DNA of 63,939 nucleotides, filler included, from Polymyxa betae A26-41 (lineage: Eukaryota > Protista > Endomyxa: Phytomyxea), in assembly GCA_003693705.1 (NCBI GenBank). It is 7 parts of 7 records of this genome, joined end to end, with 100 filler letters (N's around TTAATTAATTAA, not from the genome) between each part and the next. Parts side by side here need not be neighbours in the genome. Positions count along the whole stretch, not along the records: positions 35,839 to 43,020 come from RBZT01000277.1; positions 43,121 to 50,701 come from RBZT01000237.1; 5 more parts are not named here. The stretch is one strand, 5' to 3'. The notes under the pieces are model-generated. The model saw only the letters and a program-made list of their open reading frames with translations. It had not been told where the DNA came from and did no database searches. A program made the position numbers and the translations under genes. Positions 35,739-48,141 of this stretch are shown here, in pieces (position 1 is the stretch's first letter; every line of letters starts with the position of its first letter).

Positions 35739-36452
35739 NNNNNNNNNNNNNNNNNNNNNNNNNNNNNNNNNNNNNNNNNNNNTTAATTAATTAANNNNNN
35801 NNNNNNNNNNNNNNNNNNNNNNNNNNNNNNNNNNNNNNATAGTTTCTCACGTGCTTTCGTTATTAAATGTATTTCCACCATTCGTCCTAGTGATTATGAT
35901 AGTTCCACCACCTTTTCACCATCTTCCACCAGGGGTCCATATCCGGTTCTCTTACTAATGATGGCCTAATCCTTAATAATAGATTAACCCCATCTCCATT
36001 CCTGCCTGGATGATGGAGACTATCAGATGCGCCCGATCTAACAATTTTTATAAAATTTAATTGTCCGCCCGAGGGTCGACGGAATATTCAGCATTCCATA
36101 CGAGACAACTGGCACAGGTGAACGGTATCACGCTGGTGCCATGAGCACGTTTGCGGGCTGATTTCGCCAGTCGCTCTTCCGTCGCTGGATCATGCTCCGC
36201 AATTTTGCGCTTCGGTGTCGTGACTGTAGTTTTCAGACCGCGGAATGATGTTTTTTCTTTCCATGGAAGGGCGCGGGCAAACATGATCAGTGTCAAGACG
36301 GCAATGAGATTACTCACCGGCGCCAAACCGTTCTGAGCAGGATAGACCCAACCGGAAAGGTTTTGCTCGTTTGGCGGCAGGAACAGCTTGAACTGATAAG
36401 GGCACAGAAGTATGGTCGGCGCCTTGCTTGCGTACAGAGCTACCCTAGCCTG

Positions 36453-39400
36453 TGTGGAGTACTGCTTAAGTAGGCCCTGAACTAACAGCTGTGGAGCTGT
36501 TATTCTGTAGAAACTGCGCCTGGACTTCACAGCAACTTGACCAAAAGGCACCCCCTCTTGAATGTGACTGCATATTCCTCACCAGAATCAGGCACTCAGG
36601 CCTCTGGCAGAATAAAGTAGGTGACCCCCAACTCTGATGAACCACGCATCTTTTCACGAGTTGCGAGCCGGTCCGGTCCACTGAACCCAAAAACGTCCAG
36701 TACCAGGGGAGGAGGTTTATTAAATTCTGAACTTTCCCGGCAGCGGGTTGCTGTCAAAAGAGAGGTCCTGGGACTGGAAGTACTAGGGGGACCCGCTGAG
36801 TGTGATATCGCATTTTTCTAATTCTTTTGTGAATAAAATCCTAACTTTTGTCATTGGGGTATTCTGTGCGAATCGATTAGAACATCAACTTGTTTTATTC
36901 ATTTGTCTGAATATCCATGGAGCTCAGCGCATCGCCAGCAAACGGTATGGAAAATAACCAATTCGTCCCACCTATTTCTAAGAAATCATATTCATGTGAT
37001 TTCGATGGGTGCCAAAAATCGTTTCCGTACCCGAGTAAATTGGAAAGGCATAGAAAGACCCACGACGCGAACAGAACGAAAGATCTCTGCGCGTCTTGTG
37101 GCAATTATTATGCCGAATTAGTTCGGCATGAATGTAGGAAAACATTGGTTGAATCGATTCAGCCAGAAGTTTACGGCCGAATGTCTCTGACATTCTTCTG
37201 TCCATTTTGCGACCGCTCGGATTTGGATTCGGTCCTGGGTGTACTGTCTCATTGTCAAAAGGTAATCATTTCTATTTCATTTCTTTCAAATTATCATTTG
37301 TTTATATGAATATTTAGGACCACGAACACGAAACCATTAGGCGAACAAAATATAAATTTAACAATGAGCAAGATTTCCAAAAGTGACGTGATCTGAACTG
37401 CTGACAGCACGAACCTGATTTCCTGCATCACAGATTCAAAAGCGAACTCAAAGGGGAAGCATACGTCGCTGTAAACGGCCAACGTTCAAAGACCCAGGTC
37501 TTGGTCTGCTGGCGCTCGCCAGAAAACCTCCCAAAGGGGCAGGCCTTAAACGAAGAGAACGACGATTCGAAGGCGTTTGTTCACGAAGGAATCCTGTAAG
37601 TTGTCGTCTTGCTGTTTAGCGCGAATGTACGTCAGGCGAGAACTGTCTGGAGAGATCGCCGTCGATCATATCCAGGATCATTCTGAACACAAGTCGGGAT
37701 CGTTAGAGGAACAACACTTCCTCAAGCTGTCGGGTCACGTTTCTGAGCAGATTGCTCAGCAACTCCGGCTGGGGATTCCACCCGATCGAATCGTCAGAAA
37801 CTGCAATGCGTTTGGTCCGATCGTAACGAACGGAAAAATGTGATCCTGGTAATCAATCCGATACAGTTAAAGCAACGATTTCTAAAACTTGTATAGAAAG
37901 GTGACGTCCGAGATTCCATGGTGACCATAAAGGATGTTCCCAACATCAAATCCAAAGTTTTCAAGACAACGGGATTGAAAGCGCAGGACGTGGACTTAAC
38001 CGACAGCCTCATCAGGAATAAGTTGCAGAAGGAAAACTATAATCCGGTCGTCTTTTACAAAGGTATGTGTTAATTTTCATCTATTCGCATTGTGTATTTA
38101 CCAATTTTGCTATTATTTAGCGGCTCATGAATGTGATGCTTCGGGATACGGATTCGAACAAAGCGAGTTCTGCGTCGTCATCCAGACTGAGTTCATGTAC
38201 GAGCGTATGAAAGAGTTTGTATATATGTTATTGGAATCAACCTTTAGTATATTTACTACATCTGTTTTCAGGTTCGGGGACCGGGGCTGGGCCATCGATT
38301 CAACACATGGCACAAACACGTATGGATTTAAACTGATCACTATTGTGGTGATCAATCCTTTGACAAATCAAGGATATCCTGCGTGTTTTTGTGTCACATC
38401 GCCTGAAATTAAAGTCGCTTTAAGGGCTTTATTTTCCAGTCTCCGGGTGAGTTCAATAACGTATTGCTGTCACGACAACTTTTCTGAATTCTTTCTCTGA
38501 AAGGCCAAGTTTCCCGATCTCAAGCCTAGAGCTTTGCTATCAGACGACGACAATACTGCATGGAGTGAGGGCAGCAGCGTTTTCGCATCAATGAGACGCC
38601 ACTTATTATGTGTTTGCACATTGATAAGAATTGGCAGAAAGCTGTAAACTTTTAATCGATAATCGATCGTAAATCCTTTCCTGACATGGTGAATTTAGCT
38701 CCAGGAACGTCTTCGTTCGCGGGATCATCGAAATGAGATCTATAGACAGCTTTGCTACGAATGATGCGGGGCACAGAGAACCGTTGGCGCGCGAAAGCGT
38801 TTGCCGACGTACCGAAACAACAAGCTCAGTGGTCGAGAACGTAATGAAATAAGCAAAGCGTTGAATTCCTGTCACCATGAACCAGGAGATGAGAATGAAC
38901 GGAAAACGTACAAAAGAGCCATTACAACACAACTTTCGAACGTGGAAAAATGCAGTCCCATGGATGCAGTTTGCTCGATCGTCTTCGATTATGACGGTAA
39001 AAAAAACAGTTTATCGCCCGTTTCGCATCGAATGATGCGAAAAAAGAGTCTCAAATCACCATCGAAGAGTTTTTCAATGATTACTACGATCCGCTGGTGC
39101 CGTTTCGCGACAATTTAAACAGATATTGCTCATATGTAACCCAACACTGGACCGCGTGGGCAATTCAGACATGTTTCCCAGAAGGAACCGAATTCGAAAA
39201 GCGTATTAAAGAAGGAGCAGGTCTATCGGAAACCGCAACACAAAACACATAAAATGACACACAATTATCGCAATACAACATTTAATTTCACCAAATTTCT
39301 ATCGTGACTGAGGTCGGACATAAGGTTGACCGACCGTGCGGGTCGGTCTAACGGCTAACCGTTGTTCGACCTTAAAGAGTTATATTTGTTTTCTTTCCAC

Positions 39401-39715
39401 TGTATCCCTTCACTCTTTAGAATCGGACACTGTTCCACGCTATAGAGTCGGACACTTTTCCANNNNNNNNNNNNNNNNNNNNNNNNNNNNNNNNNNNNNN
39501 NNNNNNNNNNNNNNNNNNNNNNNNNNNNNNNNNNNNNNNNNNNNNNNNNNNNNNNNNNNNGTCGGACACTATAGAGTCGGACAACTCGAACCCGACTTGG
39601 AGCTGTTATTCTGTAGAAACTGCGCCTGGACTTCACAGCATGCCACTAACTGACCAAAAGGTACAATAACAGCTCCACAGCTGTTAGTCCAGGGCCTACT
39701 TAAGCAGTACCCACA
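36453..39715. mobile_element. Region bounded by about 51-bp inverted repeats and containing a MULE transposase gene
   Basis: 36453-36504 is the near-perfect reverse complement of 39665-39715; no TSD seen; contains a gap. Confidence 0.5.
36917..39200 (+). pseudogene. Intron-containing MULE-type transposase with N-terminal C2H2 zinc fingers
   Basis: YSCDFDGCQKSFPYPSKLERHRKTH; KESCKLSSCCLARM..H..H; WAIDSTHGTNTYGFKLITIVV..GYPACF; LLSDDD. Appears disrupted in the 3' part. Confidence 0.75.
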
Positions 39716-41028
39716 TTTCCTGCAGACCGCGGCTGGATCGATACCATTTTGCAAATTCTCGCGCCATGTAGTAACCGGCTTCATCTCGGTAATCAGGACG
39801 ATGCCCTCCGCTTCGGTTTTAAGGGCTTTGGTAATCCAGTGGTTGTCCGTGTACCCGGTGACGATCAAGCTGGTGTCGACAAGAAGACCACAGATAGCAA
39901 ACGGGAGGTGGAATTTTGGGCGCACCATTAGCTCCAGTTTAAGAGCGATAACATTCACTAGTTGGCAAATAGTAATTCACAGGTACCCTCATTTGAGCGG
40001 CACTCTTGGAACTCACTCGCAGTGCGAATAACATGAGAGTCTCTTTGAGCCAGATGAATTTTGTCCCGCCAGTTACGAGGCGCTTTAAGCAGCTTGGCAA
40101 GTTCTTAATGGTCGCCGAAGGCGATGCCAATGCCAACATTACTATAGCGGTAATGCAGCGGGTGCAGTACCTGTTTTTTTTATTCTAAAAGTTGAGGGTT
40201 TTCGACTACCTTGTGGTTTCGGTTCGGCGGGTAGTCTTTGATTGTCCACGATGAACGTAACCCGCTCAGGACGTCTATGCTAGCGGCGATGTGCTGCTCC
40301 AGCGTTGACGAGTCGGCATCGTCTGTCTCCGAATCTGTCTCCGACTCCGAAATCTCCGACACATCGCTTGCAAAATCCGGCTCGGTTACGGCGTACGGCA
40401 GAGAACCTTTGCTAACAGCATTCCACACGCGGGCCACCACATCGTTTGATGACGATGACATTGTATTGTGCGGGAAAAAGGGCCGAAGGGAGCCAGCGCA
40501 ATGTAATATGTATGATACTCTATCTGCTCCTTGACAGAAGGTTCACCCAGACATTTCCTCCCGGAACTCCGTACAGCTCCGCCAAAAAAACGGTTTTGGT
40601 ACAGTGGCGCAGAATAACATTATTCTCGGCTCACGGAGCTTCGTCGGGACTTGGAAATTTTTGGACTTCAGAAAAAAAAGAGTCACTTGCATGAAAATTG
40701 GACTCTGAACCCGCTTTTGGATACCACGCAGAATCTGGATTGGACACCCCATAATCCGGTTTTTGTGTGAAACCCGGATTTGCCTTGGAATCGACCTGTT
40801 TGTCATCCCAAATCCCGTTTTATCAATCCAGATTTTGCAAAAATCCTATTCGGACCTGGATTGTGCATGGTAAATCCGGATTCGCGTGTTAATCTTTCTC
40901 AGCTCGATGAAGAAACCGGCAACTACAAAGGAATCGCGAGCGGTGTGGGACCTCCGGGGGTCGAAAAACATGCGGGAGAATCGATTCTCCGGGGGTCGGA
41001 AAACATGCGGGAGAATCAATTCTCCGGG

Positions 41029-41897
41029 AGGGGATATCAAAGTTGAAATGCTGAAATGGCCGCTTTTCCTTCTATCAAGTCAAAGTTAGCAGAATTGAGA
41101 AAATTGTTTATTCCATGTCTCGGGGGAGGGGGGGGGGATACGACGAATTAGAGCAACTCCACCGGGGCGGTTATTCTCGCAGTTTTTATAATTTAACGGC
41201 CAGAAAATAACCGGCGCACTACCCACCGGGCGGTGGTGCAGCCTCCGGCGGTTAAAATTTTTAATAGCCGGGCTTTTGCGCGTTTCATATATAACCGCCG
41301 GGAGCTAAATGGCCGCGCGAGGGTCGCGCCCTCTGTGGAAGGCTGCGCAGGCCACATCTGGGTCATTTTATGCAAATAATTTGATAAATTCGTTTCATCA
41401 TCACCAGCTATATTGACGGAGCGTTTTCTCATCACAGCGTGGAATTTCACCGATATAATTTTCCTAATATTTGTCCATCAATACACGATCCCGTTTGTCG
41501 TTAATCTTCTTTCTGGGTGTGGAACCACTCCAAAAAGAGGGCATTTTCTACGCTGCAACAAGAGCGTTGAAAGCAGCTCCATTTCATCGCCAGAGGATCA
41601 ATCAGATAGCTACATTGCAAGAAAGAATGCATACAATTGAAATTTAACAGCCCAAATAACCGGAAGCCCGGTGATACACAAACAGTTAAATTTCCGCTAC
41701 GCAGTACGCAGATTCTTGTTTTACACGCCCAAATAACCGCCACCGGTGGAGTTGCTCTTGGTCACGCAAAATTAGCTCCGTGAATCTCACGTAAGAATCA
41801 GGAAAATCGACGTTAAGAATCGATTCTCCCGGGGGTAAATCCACCCCCGGAGAAGCGATTCTTAAAATGCGTGAAGATCCTAACTTTGATAGCCCCT
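41029..41897. mobile_element. MITE (TIR AGGGGA/CTATCAAAGTT) carrying a nested MITE
   Basis: 16-bp TIRs with 1 mismatch (41029-41044, 41882-41897); second copy at about 26718-26926. Confidence 0.7.
41151..41757. mobile_element. PIF/Harbinger (Tourist-like) MITE
   Basis: TIRs GAGCAACTCCACCGG / CCGGTGGAGTTGCTC; flanks TTA/TTG; empty site GAATTAGTCA seen at about 26765. Confidence 0.88.
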
Positions 41898-42779
41898 TCA
41901 GATGCAGGTCGGCGAAGGCAAGCGTGCCGACTCTGGATTTAAAAAGAAGACCGGGACGGCAGTGACCCTGCATTTCAACAATAAATTTGTATTAGACTAC
42001 GATCCTGATTCCAAGTTTCTTCATACTCAGACGAGCTCATGTTCGTTTGGTGCCCGCAAGTACTCAAAATCCAGATTTTGCGAAAACCGGTTTCCTCTGG
42101 AGAGAAATCCAGTCTCCGCAAAAATCCGATTCTGAAATTGAGTGGTATCCAAAGAACACCGACTGAATGCGACATCAAAAATCCCGTTTTGATCTCGCAA
42201 TCAGCTGGCTGACATCATTTCTGTTGGTTTCAATAACCCTGGGCTAAATTTCAGAAATTCAAAGCGCTTCACTACAATCTGCTATATCCGAACAGTTTGA
42301 CAAAACATAGTCTTTGAAGAGTTATTGTTAGCGGCCTCTTAAAAATTCAATCCTATAGAAAACTAAATGGACGCCTTACAATACAAGGCTTCGAGCAGGA
42401 GAGGAGTTCGCTATCTCATAACCTATCTAAAGGATAAGAGCGACGAGTGGGACTGAATCAAGTAGCTACTCTGAATAGACAGCGATCGACTAGTCTATGT
42501 TAGACGAGGCCATCGTTAGGGTGACGTTGATGCCGGCAGACGGACCCGATCGGTCTATAACCTCGCCCCAATCAGTCTATAACCTCGCCACTACCAGTCT
42601 GATCGAACAATAAAATCGCGGCTCACATCAAATGAACGGGCTGCGCGGTTCGATCCCCTTCGGAGTTCCGCGAAGCATCACACAACCCCGGAGACCGTCA
42701 CTGCAGCTCTCGTCTCGACCAATTAATCATTACGCCTCTCCCATCACCAGTATCAGCAATCTATTCCAGCAGCTTTGTC

Positions 42780-43020
42780 ATGGTCAAGTACTGTCTGCGA
42801 CCAAATTGTGGCAAAAGCGTCACCGAGCGATCCAATCGTGCTCATTACTGCTCGGTTGAATGCCGGTTGATGGTTCGTGCAGAGAAGGCTCGACTGCGTC
42901 GTCGTCTTGGCAAGCAATTTAGTCCCGAAGAACCTGTAATTGTCGTCAAGGCCACCCTGAGCCCGTGTTATCAAGATCTGAATATTGGCGACTCGTCTTT
43001 TTCTTCCAGCGCCTATTATT
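42780..43020 (+). CDS. Small Cys-rich putative zinc-binding protein, truncated by a gap
   Basis: MVKYCLRPNCGKS...YCSVECR (CxxxxC...CxxxC). Confidence 0.4.
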
Positions 43021-43120
43021 NNNNNNNNNNNNNNNNNNNNNNNNNNNNNNNNNNNNNNNNNNNNTTAATTAATTAANNNNNNNNNNNNNNNNNNNNNNNN
43101 NNNNNNNNNNNNNNNNNNNN

Positions 43121-44306
43121 CCGTCAGCGAGCACAGATGGACGAACATGTCCAGCCATGACTCCGCGTCCATGATCTGATCAGGCTGAGCTGACTCATCC
43201 TTTCCCGTGAACTTGTACGGCATCTCTACAGCATGAGGTTTCGATCGCTTCGAGGTCGTCGCCGTATCAGATGTCGCTCTCGTGATAACACTCAAAATCG
43301 CAGGGGATCGAATCGGCGACCGGGATGTAGCGCCAACGCTGTCTTCATAACGGAGCTCCCGCCTTGTGGTCGTAGTTGAGTTGCCGTCCTGATTGGATCG
43401 AGTCACAGTCCCTCTCGCCTCAGCCAGCTCCCGTCTCAGTCTTTCTATCTCTCTTGTATTGGTCTGATCCATCTCCTGCATTAGGTGAAGCAGTCGACTG
43501 TAATCCTCCTCGCGAACTCCTTGTTGTCATGCCAGGCCATGACAGTAGTACAGGCATGGACACCTCCCACTGTACAGGCGCAGCCTCCGCCACGCCACCA
43601 CGACCCCACTGTACGCCACCACCACCTGATTGTACAGGCGCAGTCACCGCCGCGCCACCAACTCGGTCATTCTGACCAACACCCTCCTATCGGACGGTCA
43701 TCGTCTTCGTCTCCGCCGCCTCCGTTGTATCCGTCTCACCCGTCTTCTCCGCCGTCTCTGTCGTCTCCACCGTCTCTGTCGTCTACCGCTCTACAATAAA
43801 CAGAATTACTTGACCGTTCGTAACACTTGTCCGCCACCATTAGGTACTCGATCTCCAGCGCTCTCGCTGTTATCGCCACCTCTTCGAGTCGTGCCCTGGG
43901 GGTCTTCGACGTCGGCATTATCATCATTTTCTCTTGACACACGTGATTCCTCGTCCGGATTAGAACGTCCTTGATTCTCGTGGTCAATTCCAGCGTCCCG
44001 GTCTTGACCAAGGGTGTCCGCATCCTCGTTCTGATTTCGCCGACCCATCTCTTGAGTCTGGTTTCTTGTAACGGCCATAGCTTAAGTTCTTTAGTTATGT
44101 AAGCGGGTAAGCTTGCGTGCAGACGTTAATAAATTGCAGTTCAACACTAAAGAACTCTTTATAAGAATGAATTCAAAAGCTGGGATGATCCTCAGGTCGA
44201 GGCCCGGCAGGAACGCCGAGTCGGCCCAGTACGTGACTCCGACGCAGAGGGAAAGGCCGGGACGGCGCAACCCCGTGGCGTCACGGTCCTCGCAGTGCCC
44301 GTTACA
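43121..44306 (-). mobile_element. 5' end of a Ty3/Gypsy-like element: LTR 44098-44306 and decayed gag
   Basis: TGTAA...TTACA LTR; ATG at 44078; MPYKFTGK...AESWLDMF gag-like motif; 11-nt self-complementary PBS. Confidence 0.75.
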
Positions 44307-46561
44307 AGACGTACCGGAGAACATTTGGTGATCTTGGGCTTGTACGTCGACGATTTGGTGATTACTGCCACAAACGAAGCCGAATTGAGAACTGTCAAGC
44401 AGTTGTTAAGCCGCGAATACAAGATGAAAGACATGGGTTTGCTTACGCATGCCCTGGGGGTCAAGGTGGAACAAGATCTAAAGGCTGGAATCATCACGCT
44501 GTCACTCGGAGCCTACATCCAAGCTATGATAGAAAGATTCAAGATGTAAGACTGCAAGGCCGCCCCAACCCCAATGGCTGTCGAGAACTCTTACACCAAG
44601 GGGGCGACATCCAACAAGTTTCCTTACCGCGAATGTGTCGGTGCGATGATGTTCGCAGCCTGCGCTGCACCTCCCGACATTGCAACAGCCGTGAGCCACT
44701 GTGCCCGAAGTGTGGAGTCGCCGACCGATGACGACATCGTTGCTGCGAAGAGAGTCCTTCGATATCTAAAAGGGACGAAGAGTTACGGCATCAAGTTTGC
44801 GAAGGCTGCGCCAGTGGGGGCTGCGCCCGCACCTGCCAAGACCAAGTTGGTCGCCTACCTGGACGCCGACTGGGCCAACTCTCCTGAAACAGAAAGTCGA
44901 CAAGCGGGTATCTAATAGTCTATGGAGGCGCAATTCTTTGGGGGTCGCGCCGCCAGAAGTGCGTGGCCTTAAGTTCAACAGAGGCCGAATATGTGGCCGC
45001 AGCTCACGCAGTTCAGCAGATCAAGTGGGTACGTCAACTTTTATCCGACTTAGGAATGGCTCAGAGTTCGCCGACCACGTTGTTCGAGGACAACCAGTCA
45101 TGCATAAAGATGGTGGAAAGTGAGGCGCTCTCTAAATCGACCAATATATCGACCAATGATCAATAAAACGACCAATGCGTAAATACTGCGTGGTGCTCTG
45201 TTGAATCCCTGTTATCGCGCTGGATTTAATTTCCAAGCTGAACTTGCGTTTATGGCAATGCAATCTCCATCTGTTCGAAATGCACCCATTGTCATTGATG
45301 GATACAGAAATTTTTATCATTCAACCAATAGTAATGGCCTGTAATATTACAGATGCGGCCGGTGGCGAAAAAAAGCAATAATTCATGTCTTGCTGCAATC
45401 CTTATTCACCCAAATCGGAATGTCCATCAAGGGTTCGCCTCCCAGACGAAATTGAATGGTTATTTACATTTTCGCCACATTGAAATAGGTTTTGACTTCA
45501 AGCATTTTGGGAGAAGTTGCTTGCGGGTTAAATGCCCAGAAAGATTTATTGTCATCAATAAACTTCTAAAATTCAAAGCTTAATGAATGTAATGCTTAGA
45601 GATCAGTGAGATTCTTTATTCACCACAGCCGAGCTCCAATGACGACTCTGACGTAGATCATTATAGATCTTGATCCAGAAGAAGAACATATCAACTTTCA
45701 AAGCATGTTATTCGGGGAAGGGTTTCTCCAATTGAACTTTGTGAAGGAGAATGTCATGCCGACTCATGCGTGCTCAATCGTGTGATTCGTGTCAGGCTTT
45801 GTTGGCCATTACAAAATCGCTTCGCTCGAATACCAAAACAGCGATTGCTACAAAAGGCATTCATGTAGATGAATTCGCCAGTCACTGATAGTGATATAAA
45901 GAAAAAACCTAAATTTAGGTTTCAAGACCACAGAGGACCTGAGAACATCAAAACTGTTCTTTTTGCACCTCAGGCTAAACTACATCAACTGCCTTCTGGA
46001 TATTGAAGAAGAAATATCCAGAAGCGAACATGACCAAACTAACACTGAATCCATCCCAAAGCTCAATAAAAACCCGAAATATCCGCTTCCTAATGCTACG
46101 CGCATTGTCGTTTTATTGATCATTGGTCGATCTATTGGCCGATTTAAGGATTGCGGAAAGTGAGGCTCTGACTCAGCGGTCAAAACATATTGACATTAAG
46201 TACCACTTCATACGTGACGAGAGCAAGATTGGCGCTATTAAATTGAGTTACGTTCCCAGCGCAGAAAACCTCGCCGATATGTTCACGAAGCCATTAGCAG
46301 TCGCGAAATTTCGGGGGTTCATGCACCGCATCATGTCTGGCGCCGGCGAGGAGGGTATTGGAGACACCGGCGCAGTGGCCACGGACACTAGTTTGGCTAC
46401 TGCATCCTAAACAGTGAAACGAGGTAATGACGCACTGCGTTCATGAAACATACTAGCCCTGAGTGGACACAACCACGGTTTTTACGTATTGGAATACATC
46501 ATCTTCAATTCATCTCTATCCTGTGTGTTTGGACTCCTTGATAGTCGATACAGTTCCAATA
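44307..46561 (+). mobile_element. 3' fragment(s) of Ty1/Copia (RT end, RNase H, 3' LTR 46356-46561) interrupted by a TIR element
   Basis: LYVDDL, YLDADWA, LSSTEAEY, RSKHIDIKYHFIR, ADMFTK; PPT GAGGAGGG; LTR ends TATTGGA/TCCAATA. Confidence 0.85.
45133..46146. mobile_element. Unclassified non-autonomous TIR DNA element
   Basis: About 45-bp imperfect TIRs TAAATCG(A/G)CCAATA(T/G)ATCGACCAATGATCAATAAAACGAC. Confidence 0.8.
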
Positions 46562-48141
46562 AATCCGTTCTCAAAACGGATGAAATTTAGCTCTTCACCA
46601 AAGGGTTTCGCTCTCCCAATTTTTAGCGCTCTTCCTGAATTTCTGAGATTTGATTTTAATGTCGACAAGATCACAGACAGACTATTCTACTCTGTGTGCT
46701 TTTTTCTGGTGAGATTTATCCATATTGAATGGGGAATCTCAACACTGAATCTGTACTTCAGAAAAAGCAGCCTGATGATGACGAGTACGCGTTTCTTACT
46801 GATACGAACATATTGTTCCCATCAAAGAGCATCGGTTCCCTTGCAAAAGCCCCCCTTATCATCAAAGCTCACGATGATCAGCTCATATTGACCAAAACCT
46901 CGGAACCCTCAAAGTCGGACACAACGTTACAGAAGTTGATATTGGTGGCCAGTTTATGTCTAAGATTAGTTCGGGCCAAGATTACCTACCGGAAATTGAG
47001 AATGAAACGTGAAGGCTGTTATGATTGGCTGAATCGCACATGCTACCCAGTACTTTCATGCGTTACAATATGCTGCCTGAATGATCTTCGGATTTTTCAG
47101 TGTCGATGGGGAAACCCGTTCCCGCATTCTGACTTTCAGACTCTGTGCTCCAAGCACAAAGGCAAGAGTAAACAATGCGGATTCGAGATTCTCATTGTCA
47201 GTGACCATAAGAAATATTCCATCAAATCACAACTAGTTTGTGATAGAGAAGATCTTGTTTATTGTCTGTTGAGATTTTCTATGAAAGGATTTGAGACGGT
47301 ATTACTGTGTTCAAGTTTATTTGTATTTTCTGATTCTATCACAGAAGCTCTTGTTGGAGTGTATTCAGCGAATGAAAATTTTCCTGAAGGAGCGGCCTTT
47401 AAGTTCGTCATCTGGTCTGAAGCATCATCTCCAAGGTTTTCTAAATCCAATATTTTACTGTCTTGAGCATCATTGTAATAATGATGTCAATTATTTCTGT
47501 TATATATTTGGACATCATATAGATCATTATCAATTTCAACAAAATTACTGTCCTGGACATACTGGACAATGTCCTGCTCAATCTGCAGTAAATTCGAACA
47601 AGAGTTCTTAATCAATAAATTATGGTTCAATTTGACTCAGCTCTACCTAATGTTCAGAAGAATCAGTTTTGGGTATTCTTAGAAAACTGATGTGAGATTG
47701 GTTCAGCCTTTTTTTTGGAGAAAACCGCATTTTGTGCTCGGCGGCGTGCCGATCCTGGACCTATACGAAGCGCAGGAATCAGCATTTTTGGCGGAGTAGG
47801 ATTCGACCAGATTCATGAAGTGAATTGAAGGAACACGGCCCCTTCTCTGCCATCCTGTCATAGAAGATCAGAAACATGACGTGATTCGGCCAGCAAACCG
47901 ACCGAATGTAACATTACCTGATCCACATAGATCTATGGCTAAGCATCAACTCATTTGTGTGGATATCTCAATCGGACATGTTCAATTCTGTCCATAAAAA
48001 TACACCTGATGGATGTTATGGTGATGACAACCTCCGCCTGTAATTCTGCACCATACAAATATCCGACCGAGGATGGGGGAACTCCCTTCAGAAGTCCAAC
48101 CGAATCATTCATTGTCTTATTAAATCTATCCAACCAACATC

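Noticed and set aside
46729-47466. 245-aa plus-strand ORF
   Set aside because: No recognizable motif, and the minus strand looks equally coding-like, so a call cannot be supported.
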